Shown here piece after piece: positions 47,518 to 61,100 of a stretch of DNA of 64,000 nt. Source of the stretch: Anaeramoeba ignava BMAN (taxonomy: Eukaryota > Protista > Anaeramoebae); the NCBI GenBank assembly GCA_028826165.1, contig JAPDFW010000114.1, positions 558,001-622,000 of the forward strand, in the 5' to 3' direction. Each line of letters starts with the position of its first letter. The first letter of the stretch is position 1. Both the position numbers and the translations under genes were made by a program. The notes beneath the pieces were generated by a model, which did not search any database, had not been told where the DNA came from, and saw only the letters and a list, made by a program, of their open reading frames with translations.

Positions 47518-50250
47518 ATGGGAAATAAACAAGAAGAGAAAATAAGAAATTTTCCTCCTAAAAAAATTAAAAAATTAGCTAAAAGATTTAAAAGATTGGA
47601 TAGAGATAAAAATAATGTTCTTACAATTGATGAATTTTTTGCAATTCCTGAATTTGTTTGCATTTATTAAATTATTTATTAAATTTATTATTAAATTTAT
47701 TATTAAATTTTTGATGAATCATTATTAAATTAATTATTAAATTATTTATTAAATTTTATATTAAATTATTTATTAAATTATTTATTAAATTATTTATTAA
47801 ATTATTTATTAAATTATTTATTAAATTATTTATTAAATTATTTATTAAATTATTTATTAAATTATTTATTAAATTATTTATTAAATTATTTATTTAATTT
47901 TATATTAAATTATTTATTAAATTATTTATTAAATTAATTATTAAATTATTTATTAAATTTATTATTAAATTATTTATTAAATTATTGATAAAATTATTTA
48001 TTAAATTATTTATTAATTTATTTATTAAATTATTTATTAAATTATTTATTTAATTTTATATTAAATTATTTATTAAATTATTTATATTATTTATTAAATC
48101 ATTTATTAAATTTTTGATTAAATTATTTATTAAATTATTTATTAAATTATTTATTAAATTATTTATGAAATTATTGATTAAATTATTTATTAAATTATTT
48201 ATTAAATTATTTATTAAATTATTTATTAAATTATTTATTAAATTATTTATATTAAATTATTTATTAAATTTATTATTAAATTTTATATTAAATTTTTATT
48301 AAATTTTTATATTAAATTATTTATTAAATTATTTATTAAATTATTTATTAAATTATATATTAAATTATATATTAAATTATTTATTAAATTATTGATTAAA
48401 TTATTTATTAAATTATTTATTAATTTTTATATTAAATTATTTATTAAATTATTTATTAAATTTTATATTAAATTATTTATTAATTTTTGATTAAATTATT
48501 TATTTAATTATTGATTAAATTATTTATTTAATTATTGATTAAATTTTTATTAAATTATTGATGAATCATTATTTATTAAATTTTTATTAAATTTTTGATT
48601 AAATTTTTGATTAAATTATTTATTAAATTATTTATTAAATTATTGATTAAATTATTTATTAAATTATTTATTAAATTATTTATTAAATTATTTATTAAAT
48701 TATTTATTAAATTATTGATTAAATTATTTATTAAATTATTTATTAAATTATTTATTAAATTTTTATTAAATTATTTATTAAATTATTGATTAAATTATAT
48801 ATTAAATTTTATATTAAATTATTTATTAAATTATTTATTAATTTATTTATTAATTTATTTATTAAATTATTTATTAAATTATTTATTAAATTATTTATTA
48901 AATTATTTATTAAATTATTTATTAAATTATTTATTATATTATTTATTAAATTATTTATTAAATTTTATATTAAATTTTATATTAAATTTTATATTAAATT
49001 ATTTATTAATTTATTTATTAAATTTTATATTAAATTTTTATTAAATTTTTATTAAATTATTTATTAAATTTTATATTAAATTTTTATTAAATTATTTATT
49101 AAATTATTTATTAAATTTATTATTAAATTATTTATTAAATTTTAGATTAAATTATTTATTAAATTTATTATTAAATTATTTATTAAATTATTGATAAAAT
49201 TATTTATTAAATTATTTATTAAATTATTTATTAAATTATTTATTAATTTATTTATTAAATTATTTATTAATTTATTTATTTATTTATTTATTAAATTATT
49301 TATGAAATTATTTATTAAATTATTTATTAAATTATTTATTAAATTATTTATTAAATTTATTATTAAATTATTGATTAAATTTTTATATTAAATTATTTAT
49401 TAAATTATTATTTATTAAATTATTTATTAAATTATTTATTAAATTATTTATTAAATTATTGATTAAATTATTTATTAAATTTTTATTAAATTATTTATTA
49501 AATTATTTATTAAATTTTATATTAAATTATTTATTAAATTATTTATTAAATTATTTATTAAATTATTTATTAAATTATTTATTAAATTATTGATTAAATT
49601 ATTTATTATATTATTGATTAAATTATTTATTAAATTATTTATTAATTTATTTATTAAATTATTTATTAAATTTTTTATTAAATTATTGATTAAATTATTT
49701 ATTAAATTATTTATTAAATTATTTATTAAATTATTTATTAAATTATTTATTAAATTATTTATTAAATCATTATTTCTCTTTTGTTTTTCAAAAAAGAATG
49801 AAAATCCTTTAAAATATCAAATTTTGAAACTTTTTGATCCTGATTCAGAAGATCCTGATTTAATTCAAGTTGATTTTACAAAATTTATTCAAACAATTAC
49901 AACAATGGTTCTTGGAACAGAAGAAGAAAAATTACATTGTAATTGAACAATTTAAATCTAAATTAAAATCTAAATTTAAATTAAAATTAATTCACCTTCT
50001 TTTATAAACAAAAACAGTTTTATTTAGAATTTTGGATTTAGATGGAGATGGATTTATTGATCAAAATGAACTTTTTGAATTACTTTATTCAATTATTGGA
50101 GATCAAGTTTCTTCAGAAGTTCTTCATGAAATTTGCCAAAATATGATTAAAGAATTTGATTTAGCAAGAAATGATGTAATTTCATTTGAAGAATTTCAAA
50201 TTTTAATGAAAAATGAAAAAATTTCAAAACAAATCCAAATTCACGTTTAA
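47518..50250 (+). CDS. Calcineurin B-like EF-hand protein; exons 47518-47655, 49797-49938, 50018-50250
   Basis: MGN start, KKLAKRFKRLDRDKNNVLTIDEF..IPEF|NENPL..ILKLFD...GTEEEKL.FLFRILDLDGDGFIDQNELF...ISFEEF, collinear with calcineurin B. Confidence 0.85.
47665..49767. repeat. About 2.1-kb 12-bp minisatellite (TTATTTATTAAA)n filling calcineurin-B-like intron 1 (47656-49796)
   Basis: Direct inspection; the IKLF-repeat ORFs are artefacts. Confidence 0.95.
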
Positions 50251-50385
50251 AATAATAAAATAATAAAATTAAATCAAATTATTTTGTTTTGTTTTGTTTT
50301 AAAAATTAAATGTGAAGAAATTTTTGAGAAGAAAAAAAAGAATGAGAAGAAAAGTAAAATGTAAAAAGGAAAAAGTGGAATGTAT

Positions 50386-52071
50386 TTATTTCCTAATTGG
50401 TAAACCATCTAATTTTTGATAAATGCAAAAATAAGCAATATGACCTCTTCCTCCTCCATAAAGTTGTTCAATATCCTTTTCTTCAATTAAAGACACATCA
50501 TCGTCATCAAATTCATACCATTTGTTTGGTTCAGTTTGAGCCTATTATTTAAAAATATTATTTAAAAAATTATTTAAAAAAATTATTTAAAAAAATATTC
50601 AATTTTAAAATTAAATTTTTCAATATCAAACCCAAGCAATATAATGTCCAGAATCTGCAGATAAACCGATATGTGTTAAAACAGAAATTAATTGGTAATA
50701 TCCAGTGTCATTATCAAGAGAAATTTCTTTGATATTATTTTCCTTTTCCTTTTCCTTTTCAATTTCTTGTTTTGGATCTTTTTCGATTGACATTGATTCT
50801 TGTTTTGGATCTTTTTCGATTGACATTGATTCTTGTTTTGGATCTTTTTCATTTGACATTGATTCTTGCTTGGCATCTTCCAATTTTTTTTTTTCTTCAT
50901 TTTCATTTTGTTCATTCAATTCTCGTAATTGAATTCTTTTTTTCTGAATTTTTTTAGAGAGTTGTTCTGAGCAAAAATCAAAAACATCAAGTGTGAAGGG
51001 GAATTTAACAACACGAATAATCTTATTTCGGATTCCTTTATCAGCTTTCCAATAAAAACGGACAAATTGGACAACCAAGAAAGGGGGTAAACGAGACAGA
51101 CGAGATTCTTCATTGTAAACAGCGTTTCTCTGGAGGAATTCAGACTCTTTTTCGACTTGTTGTGAAAGACCCAACTGGACACCTTGAAAAAGAAAATTCA
51201 CATCGCTTGTAATATTACAAAGAAGTTTGTGAGTCTTTTCATAAGAAACACTTGGGAATTCTTTATCGGTTTCTGTGCATGTTCTTGTGACTTGCATCCC
51301 AATTCCAAAAAGCTCCTCAATGGCGTTGTTGAATACTGGTTTGTGCCATTCGGAAACAAACTTGGTTTTTTGATTTGGCAATGTTCCGTTGATTTCTTTG
51401 TTGATATCCTTCTTCTCAATAAGTGCTTGAGAAAGTGTGTTCATCAAGGAAGTCCATGACTCTTCTGCATCCTGTTGAAGAAACATTCCCAACTGATCGC
51501 GCTGAGCAAATGAGGGGTAAATCTGGCGAAACAAGGTGATAAATTTGTATATCGAGGGATTTCCTTGTTGGATTTGATTGAAAAGTGTCTTCAATTCAAC
51601 AGCAAGTTTATGAGGTGCAATTTGATCTTCGCGCAATCCCACAGTGCTTGAATTTATACTCAAAATCTTGTCGCGGAGATCAGGAATGTAATATAAACAC
51701 TGGAGCGTTGAAGCCATGTAGCATGTGTTCCCGATATTTGCCAGTCCAGAAGGCAAATCTTTCTTCTCAATTTCCTTCACCATATCTTCAGGAAGATCTT
51801 CTAAAAAAATGGTTTTTTCTTTTGGTTCTTCAAGTCTTTCATTTGCAGGAGTGCCTAACATCATTAAATTCGCTTTCGCTTTGATTTTGAGTTTATTCCA
51901 GTCGTCGGTATCCTTCACAGTTTTCCCTCTAAACATGATTTTCTGTTTGTCTGGTTCAACTTGAGTCAATGAAAATAATTGTGTTTTGAGTAACAGTGGT
52001 GGTTGATCTAAGGCTAAATTGATCTCGAATTTCTCTTTTTTCCATTTAACAAAGACTGGAATAGTAGACAT
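50386..52071 (-). CDS. USP14: Proteasome-associated deubiquitinase USP14/Ubp6 (UBL + USP); exons 52071-50632 and 50541-50386
   Basis: VKWKKEKF..LKTQLFSLTQVEPDKQKIM (UBL), GLANIGNTCYM (Cys box), QQDAEE, VQFVRFYWK, LTHIG.SADSGHYIAW|...WYEFDDD, LYGGG..HIAY. Confidence 0.93.
50764..50870 (-). repeat. 33-bp coding tandem repeat (KQESMSIEKDP x3) in USP14
   Basis: TTCTTGTTTTGGATCTTTTTCGATTGACATTGA repeated. Confidence 0.9.
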
Positions 52072-52146
52072 GAGTAAAAAAAAATGGAAAGAAAAAAATG
52101 AAATTCAAAAAAATCAAATTCAAAAAAATTTATTTAAAAAAAAATT

Positions 52147-55100
52147 TCAAAATAAATTCTTTAATTTAGAAAGAAGAAATTCATAACCTGATAATGAATG
52201 TTTAAGTAAAATTGATTTTGGAAAATATCTTGGAATTAAATCAAGTATTTGTTTTTCATTTTCATCATTTGGATCAATATAGATTATGAAATTTTTTAAA
52301 TTCAGTTTTTTCATTAAGACAATCTTCAATTTTCATTAATGATTTTTTCCAAAGTGAAAGAAGAATTGGTAAATTAAAATATTCAATCATTTCATTCAAT
52401 TCTTTTTTCTTTTTTTCTGATATTTCCTTTTTGAATTTTTCTGAAATCTTTTCTCTTGGTTCATAAAAATATTCTTCAAAATTTAAATGTAAATTAACTA
52501 AATGTTTTAATTTTAAATTTTGAATTGTTTTTGATCCATTTTTTGTTGAAATTAAATTATTATTTCTTGATAAATGAAGATTTTTTTCTGCAAATTCAAG
52601 GAAATTTAAATTGGGAATATTATGTAAATGAACTGAATCTAATGGAATATTAGAACATGAGAAAACTACTGTTTGAATTAAACTCATACATTGATTTATT
52701 GCATTTGTTTCTTCAAGTTCTTGAATAATTTGTTTCCAAATTTGTTGTGGAATTTTTTCTTGTTGCCATCTTTGATCATTTAATCGTGAGATTCTCTGAT
52801 TAAAATTATCATTGAATATAAAATATTCAATTTTTGATTCAATCCATTTTGGTTTTGTTGTAATATTCAAAAAATCAATTAAATATTCTTTCAAAAGAAT
52901 TACTGAAATTTGATAAATGTTATGATCATTAATAAAATCAATTACTTCTTCAGTATTTAAATGAATAATTTTTGATTTATCAAATTCTTCATAATTTAAT
53001 GGGAAATTAATTGTAAATTTTTCAAAAGGATCAATCAATCTCTTTACTTTTTTTTCCTTTCCATATTCCTTTATCTTTTTCTCTTTCTTTTTATCTTTCT
53101 CTTGATTATCTTTATCTTTATCTTTATCTTTATCTTTATCTTTATCTTTATCTTTATCTTTATCTTTATCTTTATCTTTATCTTTATCTTTATCTTTATC
53201 TTTATCTTTATTATATTTATCTTTATCTTTATCTTTATCTTTATCTTTATGTTTATCTTGATTATCTTTCTCTTTATGTTTATATTTATCTTTATGTTGA
53301 TTATCTTTATGTTGATTATCTTTATCTTGATTATCTTTATCTTTCTCTTTATGTTTATGATTATCTTTATTTTTATGTTTATGTTTTATATTTTTTATCT
53401 TTATCTTTATGTTTATCTTTATCTTTATTATCTTTATCTTGATTATCTTTATCTTTATGTTTATGTTTATGTTTATGTTTATGTTTATGTTTATGTTTAT
53501 CTTTATCTTTATCTTTATCTTTTTATTTTGTTGATTATGGTTATAATTATTATTATAATTATTGTGATTATTTTCCTTTTTCTCTATGTTTTTCTTTTTC
53601 TGTTTAATCAAAAATAAATATTGAATATCTTCATTTCCCATTAATTGATTATGCATTGAAATTGCATATTTGATTAAACTTGGTACGCAAATAAAAACAT
53701 CTTCTTCTCCTGATAAACAAAATGATATTGGAAGATTTTTACTCATTTCAATTTGTTGAAGATAATTAGGTATTTCTCTACATCCAAAAACTCCTTTAAC
53801 ATCTTTCCATGTTAAATTCCAAAATTTTTCAAAATCTTCATACCATTTTTCAATCTTATTGCTTTTATCTTTATTCTTACTTTCTTCATTTTTGATAAAT
53901 TTTTCTATTGTTAAATTTTCAGAATCTTTCTTTGAAATTTTCCCATTTAATGTTTCCATTACATAAGAAGTAAAATTTAAAAATCCTGGAAATAAACTTA
54001 GTGAATATAATTTTTTCCAATTTCTAATAACAAATAAAATAATTGGAGATTTTGGAATTTCTTCATTAACATCTTCTTTAAAAAATGAAAGGAATTGTTG
54101 ATAAGTTTGCCTTTTATATGTAATAGATTGATAAACCGTTCTATAATTATTTAATTCTTTAATAGCGTTTTTGAATTCAATTCCTTGTTTTTCTTTTACA
54201 ATTTCTAATATTTTTTGTTTCTTTTTTTGTAATTGATAACCAAAAAATGCTTCAATTTTTATTCTTTTCTTTTCATCTTTAAATTCATTAACATTTTCTG
54301 AACTAATTAATTTCAATTTATTATCACTTCCTAATTCATTTAGAAAATGATGATAAAAATGATAAGCATCTTCAATTGATAAATTTAAAATTTTTGCTAA
54401 TAAAATAAAATCTTCTTCAACTTTAACTTTTAAAATTTCTTTTAATTCTTGAATATTTTTGGGTTTTTTCATATTTGGATTAATAATATTATTCAAAAAA
54501 TTATTTGCGAAATGATCATTAATTGTTGAAAAACACAAAATAACACAATTTGTTATAATTTTTAAAATCAAATAACAATCATATTTTAAATTTGATCTGC
54601 ATTGTTCATCTTCAATTTCATAAAATGAATGTAAATAACCTAAAGGAGATGAGAAATCTTTTTCTTTGGCTCTTGTTGTTCCATTTAATGGAGAATGATG
54701 TGTTCCTCCAATTTTTTCATTACAAACAGGACAAAATCCAATTTCATCTGGTTCTGCACATTGACCAATATAAAAAACATGATTATTTTTACATTTCCAC
54801 CAAGCTCTTCCTCCTTTCAAATATTCTTTTAATAAAGGATGTCCTGGCATTCCAATCCAATATATTTCTTTCAATTCTTTCATTGTATTGATTGTTGAAG
54901 ATTCTTCATAATTTTGCATCATTTCATTTGAAATTAATTTTTTTAATGGTTCAAAATTAATAGCTTCAATAAATTCAATTGTATGAAATATTATTGAAAT
55001 AATTTCATTTGTAATTTTATTATCTTGAAGTTTCTTTCGAGAAATTGAAGCTATCATTAATGAATATTTTCCACTTTCATATTCTTTTAAATTCTTAATT

Positions 55101-58100
55101 CCTTTCATTTCATTTTGGAAATGTTCTACTAAACTTATTCCTTTTATATTTGGAATATCTATTTTATAATTAAATTCACAAGAAGTTAATTTATCCATTT
55201 TTATATCTGGAATTTTTTTTTGAAGTTTTTGAATATTTTGTGATATAAATTGACTTAATTCTTTTTGTCCTTTTCTTTCATATATTATTTTGCATAAATA
55301 AATAATCCAATTAATTCCAAGTTCATTCTTAAATATTTTTGGATTCTCAATAATCATTTGATTTGGATTTTGAATAGAAAAAGATCTAAAATCTACTAAT
55401 CGACTTATTTTATCAAAAGCTAATGGTTCTGTAATAAAATCTTCAAGAATAATTGCATTTTTTGAATTAGAATTATTGTTATTGTTTGATTTTGAAAATA
55501 TCAATAAATCTTCGTTTTCAATTTTCTCTTTTTCATCAATCAAAATTTCTAAACATGAAAATGTAAGTTGATTATAACCATTTTGAAATAAATAATTTAA
55601 AGAATTATCCAAAATTTCTTTGAAAATTTTCCAAATATTTTTATCTTTTTTTGAATATGAAATTAATTCACGAATCAATGAATTCATTACAAAATTTGAT
55701 TTTATAAAATTTAATCTTCGGATATCTAATATTTTTTTTTCTTTCCCAACTAATATATTTATAAATTGATTAAAGTTTTCTTTTGCCTCATTTTCTTGTA
55801 AATTTGATTCAAATATAATTTTTTGAATTAATATTTTTCCAACATTTTCAAAGTAAAGTGTACAATAACCTCGAATTAAAGTTTGGTTTACTTTCCTTCT
55901 ATGCTCTAATTGTTTTATTATTTCAGATCCTGGATATTTTTTTTTATCTATTTTTTTTTTTGGTTGAGATTCTTTCCAAAATTTAATAAATAGATCAGTA
56001 ATATATTTGTTTAATTCATTTTGTTTCTTGTTTTTTTCATAATTTTTGAATAATTCCAAAATAATTTCTTTTTGTTTTTCTTTTCTTAATTTTTCATTGA
56101 ATGGAAATAATAAGGAAATAAAAATATTTCTTAATATCAAAAGTTTACTCCAATTTTCAATTAATTCTTTGGTTTTTTTCTTTGCTTTTTCATTATTTTT
56201 ATTTTTACAATTTTTAATTAATGATAATAAAATATTTTGAATTTCGAAATTTGATTTTGAAATGATTCCACATACAAACTTTTTTAGACGATTATCTCTT
56301 TCATTAAATAATATATTTCTTAAACTTGAAAAATAATTTTCAAGAAATGAAAATATTGAAAATGTTTTCTTTTTTAATTCTTGTGATGTTTTCAATGTTT
56401 TAAGGATTGTCAATGAATTGAAATAATGTTGAATCAAAAATATATTATCTAACAAAGATTTTATATATTGAAAGAAAGTTGAATGAATTTCTTTTAAAGA
56501 TAATCTAATAATTTTCTTATCATTAAATAATTCAATAAGATTTATTAAATTAATTCGAATTTGATTAAATTTTTCTAAATTTGTTTTTCCTATTGCAAAA
56601 ATAAGGAAATCATTTAAATATCTAGAAAGAATATTTTCAATAAATTTTTCATTTTGATTTTCAATTTCAATTTCAATTTGATTTTGATTTTGATTTTGAT
56701 TTTGATTTTGATTTTTGATTTTGATTTTTTTCATTTTCATTTTCATTTTGATTTTCAATTTGATTTTCATTTTCATTTTGATTTTTGATTTCAATTTCAT
56801 TTTTGATTTTGATTTTGATTTTGATTTTGATTTGATTTTGATTTTGATTTTGATTTTGAATTTGATTAATTTCTTTGAAAAGAGAACATTCACAAAATGG
56901 TAAATTAATTAATTCATTTAAAACCTCCATATCTTTTGAAATAAAACCAAAATCTTCAATAAGTGAATAAATATAGAATGAAAATGGAAATTTTGAATTT
57001 TGAAATTTATCTTTCAAAAAAAATTCATAACATGGAATTTCATATTCTTGTAAAATTGTAATCCAAATTCTTTTAATAATTAATTCTTCTTTTGATTCTT
57101 TTTCTTTGTTATTTAACAATTTCAAATTTTGATTTAAATTTAAATTATTAAGCATTAAACCAAAGATTTTGGAAATTTTTGAAACAAAAATATCAAAAGA
57201 ATAAAAAGTTATTGAATTAGTTCTTTTATAGTTTTGAATATTTTCTTGTATATTCCACTCATATAATTCTAATCCTTCCTTTTCTCCTGAATTAATAATT
57301 TTTATAAGAGATAAGAAAAAAACATTTATAATTTCTTTATCATTCAATAATAAATCAAGAAGTTGATTAAATTCATTAATATAATTTTGATTTAATGGAT
57401 TTGAAATTTGTGAAATTGAAAGAGGTTTAATTTCTTGAATAAATTGATGAAAATTTTCTTTTAAATTATAAATAATATCTTTGAGATTGAAATTTTGATT
57501 TTTCATTTTGATTAGATTAAAATTATATTCTTGTTCCAATTCATCTAGATAATAAAATTCCCAATTATTTTCAAAACAATAATAAAATAAATCATCTTTT
57601 TGAATAGGTGTTAAATGAAGAATAAGCATAATATAAGATTTATGATCTTTCAAACTATTATTCCTTCTTACATTTTCTTTTACATCATTTTGGTTATTTT
57701 TTTTTTTATCATAATTTTCTAAAAGTAAATTTTCAATAAGATATTTAACTTGATAAAACATTTGGAAAGAATTTCTACAGAAATAGTAAAATGAACCTTT
57801 AAAATAAATTTCCTATTATCCATATTTTCAATCCATTTGTCTTTTAAATATTTCTCTAAATCTTTATCAGAATCATAATTTGAAACGTCAATTTGAAGAA
57901 TTTTATATCCTTTTGATAATTTTATGTTTTGTTGTATAATTGATGAATAAGTGAAAATAATAGAATTTTTAATTTTATTTTTTAAAATTTCTTTTTTGAA
58001 TAAATCTTGTAAATTAATATGAAAATTTCTTTTATATTCTGTCAAAAAATTTTCCAACAATTTTTTATTTGATGATCTTAATTTTCCACTTGAAACTAAA

Positions 58101-61100
58101 TCAATTATTTTAAACATTTTATCTATTCTACAAATTCTAATCCATTTTATTCTTGCTTCTTTTTCTATTTGATCCTTTGTTTTTGTTAAATTTTCTGATG
58201 AATTCAGTAATAATTCATTTTGTAATTTTAATGCAAGCGAAGGAAAGAGATCATTATTATAATTGATTATTAAATTCTCTTTTTTAATTTGATAATTTGT
58301 TGCTTTTTCAATTCTTCCCAAAATTTTAGTTTGTTTTTCAATAATTTGTTTTATTTGATCCTGTTTTATAAAATCTTCAGATATAAAAATTTGTTTTTCA
58401 AATCTATTTAAAATTGGTTCTAATTCAAAATCATAAGCTCTTGTTTTATCAATTATAACAATAATCCTAAATTTTGGATCAACAAGAATATTTCGATTAA
58501 TATCCCCAAATGAAAAATGAGCAAAAAGTTTGTTTCCTTCTCTAATATAATTTTGATTTAATAAATCATATAAAGGTTCGTAAAGTTGTTCATTATTATA
58601 TAAAATAATTGTTTGACCTGATGAAACTGCATATTCAACTTTTTTGAGATTTTGAATTATTTTGAATCGACTTTTATCTTCTGCAAAAGATGAACCAAAC
58701 AAAACAATAAAATTATTTTTAATTTGTGAAATTATTAATGGAAGAATAGATAAATTGTTTGATAAAATCATTAAATGCCGAGAGAACTTTTGTGGATTAT
58801 TTAGAAAATTATCTGAAAGTTTTTTGTTTGGGAAAGAATTATTATCAACAATTGAAAATGTTAAGTTTTGTTGTATTAATGAAAAAGTTGAAGGAATATA
58901 TTTAGGTTGATCTATTTCAAGAATTTCCATAATTTTAGGTTGAAGAATTTGAATCAAATAAGGTTTTGAACCAAAATTTCTATATATAATATTCAGAATC
59001 ATATCTGAGTTATTATATTCTATTAAATTACTTGAGAAATTTAATCCAATCATTTTTAAAAAATAATAAAAATCTCTAAGTCCAAAATAATATCTTGGAT
59101 TTTGTTTCTTTTCTTTTTCTTGAATATTAGGGAATTGATTATTAGAAATTAAATAATAAACTTGAGCAAGTTTATTTGCAAATTCTTTTGGGAATTTTGA
59201 ATTAAATGAAAAAAGGATTCTTCGAGCTGTAAATGATAATTCTTCAATACTTGGATCAACTCTTTTCAATAATATTCCTCGATTTGTTTGACTTGGATCT
59301 AATTTCCAATTTGAAACTGATATAATTGAAACAAATACTTCATCTTTTTGAATTAATAAATTTTGTTGTTTCATCAATTTTTTATCTACTTTTTCTAATT
59401 CAAAATGTAATATTGATAATGGAAGATCAGGACTAACTTCTGCAAGTGCAACTTCATCCAAAATAACTACACTAATAACATCTTCAGAATTAAATTTAGA
59501 TGAATATTTCCGAGCTTTTCTTAAATATATTATTGATTTCTGAAGCTTTTGGTTATTGGAGAACATTGAATATAAAATGGTTTTAATGCAGGAAGATTTA
59601 ATTCTTTTAAAATTGGATTGGAATTTTTTGGTGGTTTCAATGTTTGCATTAAAATATTAATTGAAATTGATTTAGAAGAACCTGGTTTGCCAATTAAGAA
59701 TAATGGAATTTGTGTATAACAACAAAAGAAAATCAAAAAAATATTTTCTTTTAATGCTTGATTAATTGCAACATTCCATTCTTTTACATTAATATCCAAT
59801 TCTTTAATCAATTTTTCTTCTATTTCTTCAATAAATTTAAGAATATCATTTTCATTTTTCATTTCAATTTCCTTATTCTTATTCTTATTATTTTCATTTT
59901 CATTTTCATTTTCATTTTCATTTTCCATTTTTCTTATAAAATTTGGAAAATTTTTCATAAAGAATTTTGAAATATGCTAATCTTAAATCTGAATTGAATT
60001 GACAACCAAAAGAAATGAATAATGATATAATAAATGAATCCATAATTTTTTGATTTTGATTGTAGTTTTTTGATGGAAGTAAGAAATCTACATTTGTTTC
60101 TGTTAATAACCAATTAAAAATTTTGAGTGTTTTAGGACAATCTCTTAAAGAAACTGCACTTAATTTATCATTTGAATGATATCGAAGAAAATTAAATGAT
60201 TTAGCTAATAATTCTGTAAATAATTTTGTAAATTTTGTTGAATCAATAAAAATTGATGATTTTTTTGAATTAATTTCATTAATAGAATTTTGGATTATTT
60301 TTTCTATATAAGGTTTTTCTGTTTTTTCTGTTTTTTCTGTTTTTTCTGTTTTTTCTGTTTTTTGTTCTTTTTGTTCTTTTTGTTGTGTTAAATTCCCAAA
60401 ATCAAAAATATCATCAAAAAATGAATCAGAAATTTGATGAACTCTATAAACTTCTTGTCTTAATAATTTCATTTCACCTTGTTTTTCTCCATAATCAAAT
60501 ATTAATCCTTCATCAGTTAAGAAATCTTCATCAATTTTTGTTTTATTCCTTAATCTATAAGGATTTCCAGCTGCAATAAATTTAATTTGAGGAGAAATAA
60601 TTTTTCCATTTAAAGTTCTATCAAAAAGAGATTTCATTAAAATTAAACATTTTTGGGTGCTGTATTGAATTCATCAAAGAAGATAATAATAAATTTTTCT
60701 TCTTTTTGAATTTCTTTTTCTGAATTTTCAATAATTGAATAAATTTCTTTTCTTTTGGTTTTCCCATTAACTAGGAAAAGAATTAATTTTTGTTTTATAA
60801 TTGTTTCACATAAATATTCAACTAATGATGTTTTTCCACATCCAGTTTCTCCAATCAAAATAATAGGAAGATTTGAAAGTAATTTATATTGAATAAATAT
60901 CATTTTCAAAAAATTATCATTCGTTAATACATATTTTGAATTGTTTTCTTTATGAGAAGATATAAGATTTTCGATTTCAATTTGAGATGGAGATAAAGAT
61001 AAAGATTTGAATGAAGAAAATACAAATTCATAATCTTTAGGTTTGGAATATTTTGGAAGAGGTTCATTAAATTTAAATCCATTTTCCTTTAATATTAGTT

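Noticed and set aside
52280-60660. Programmed (Euplotes-like) ribosomal frameshifting or tiny introns in the RNF213-like gene
   Set aside because: The shifts go in both directions, lack a common AAA-stop motif and have no GT-AG pairs that restore the frame; homopolymer error is more parsimonious.
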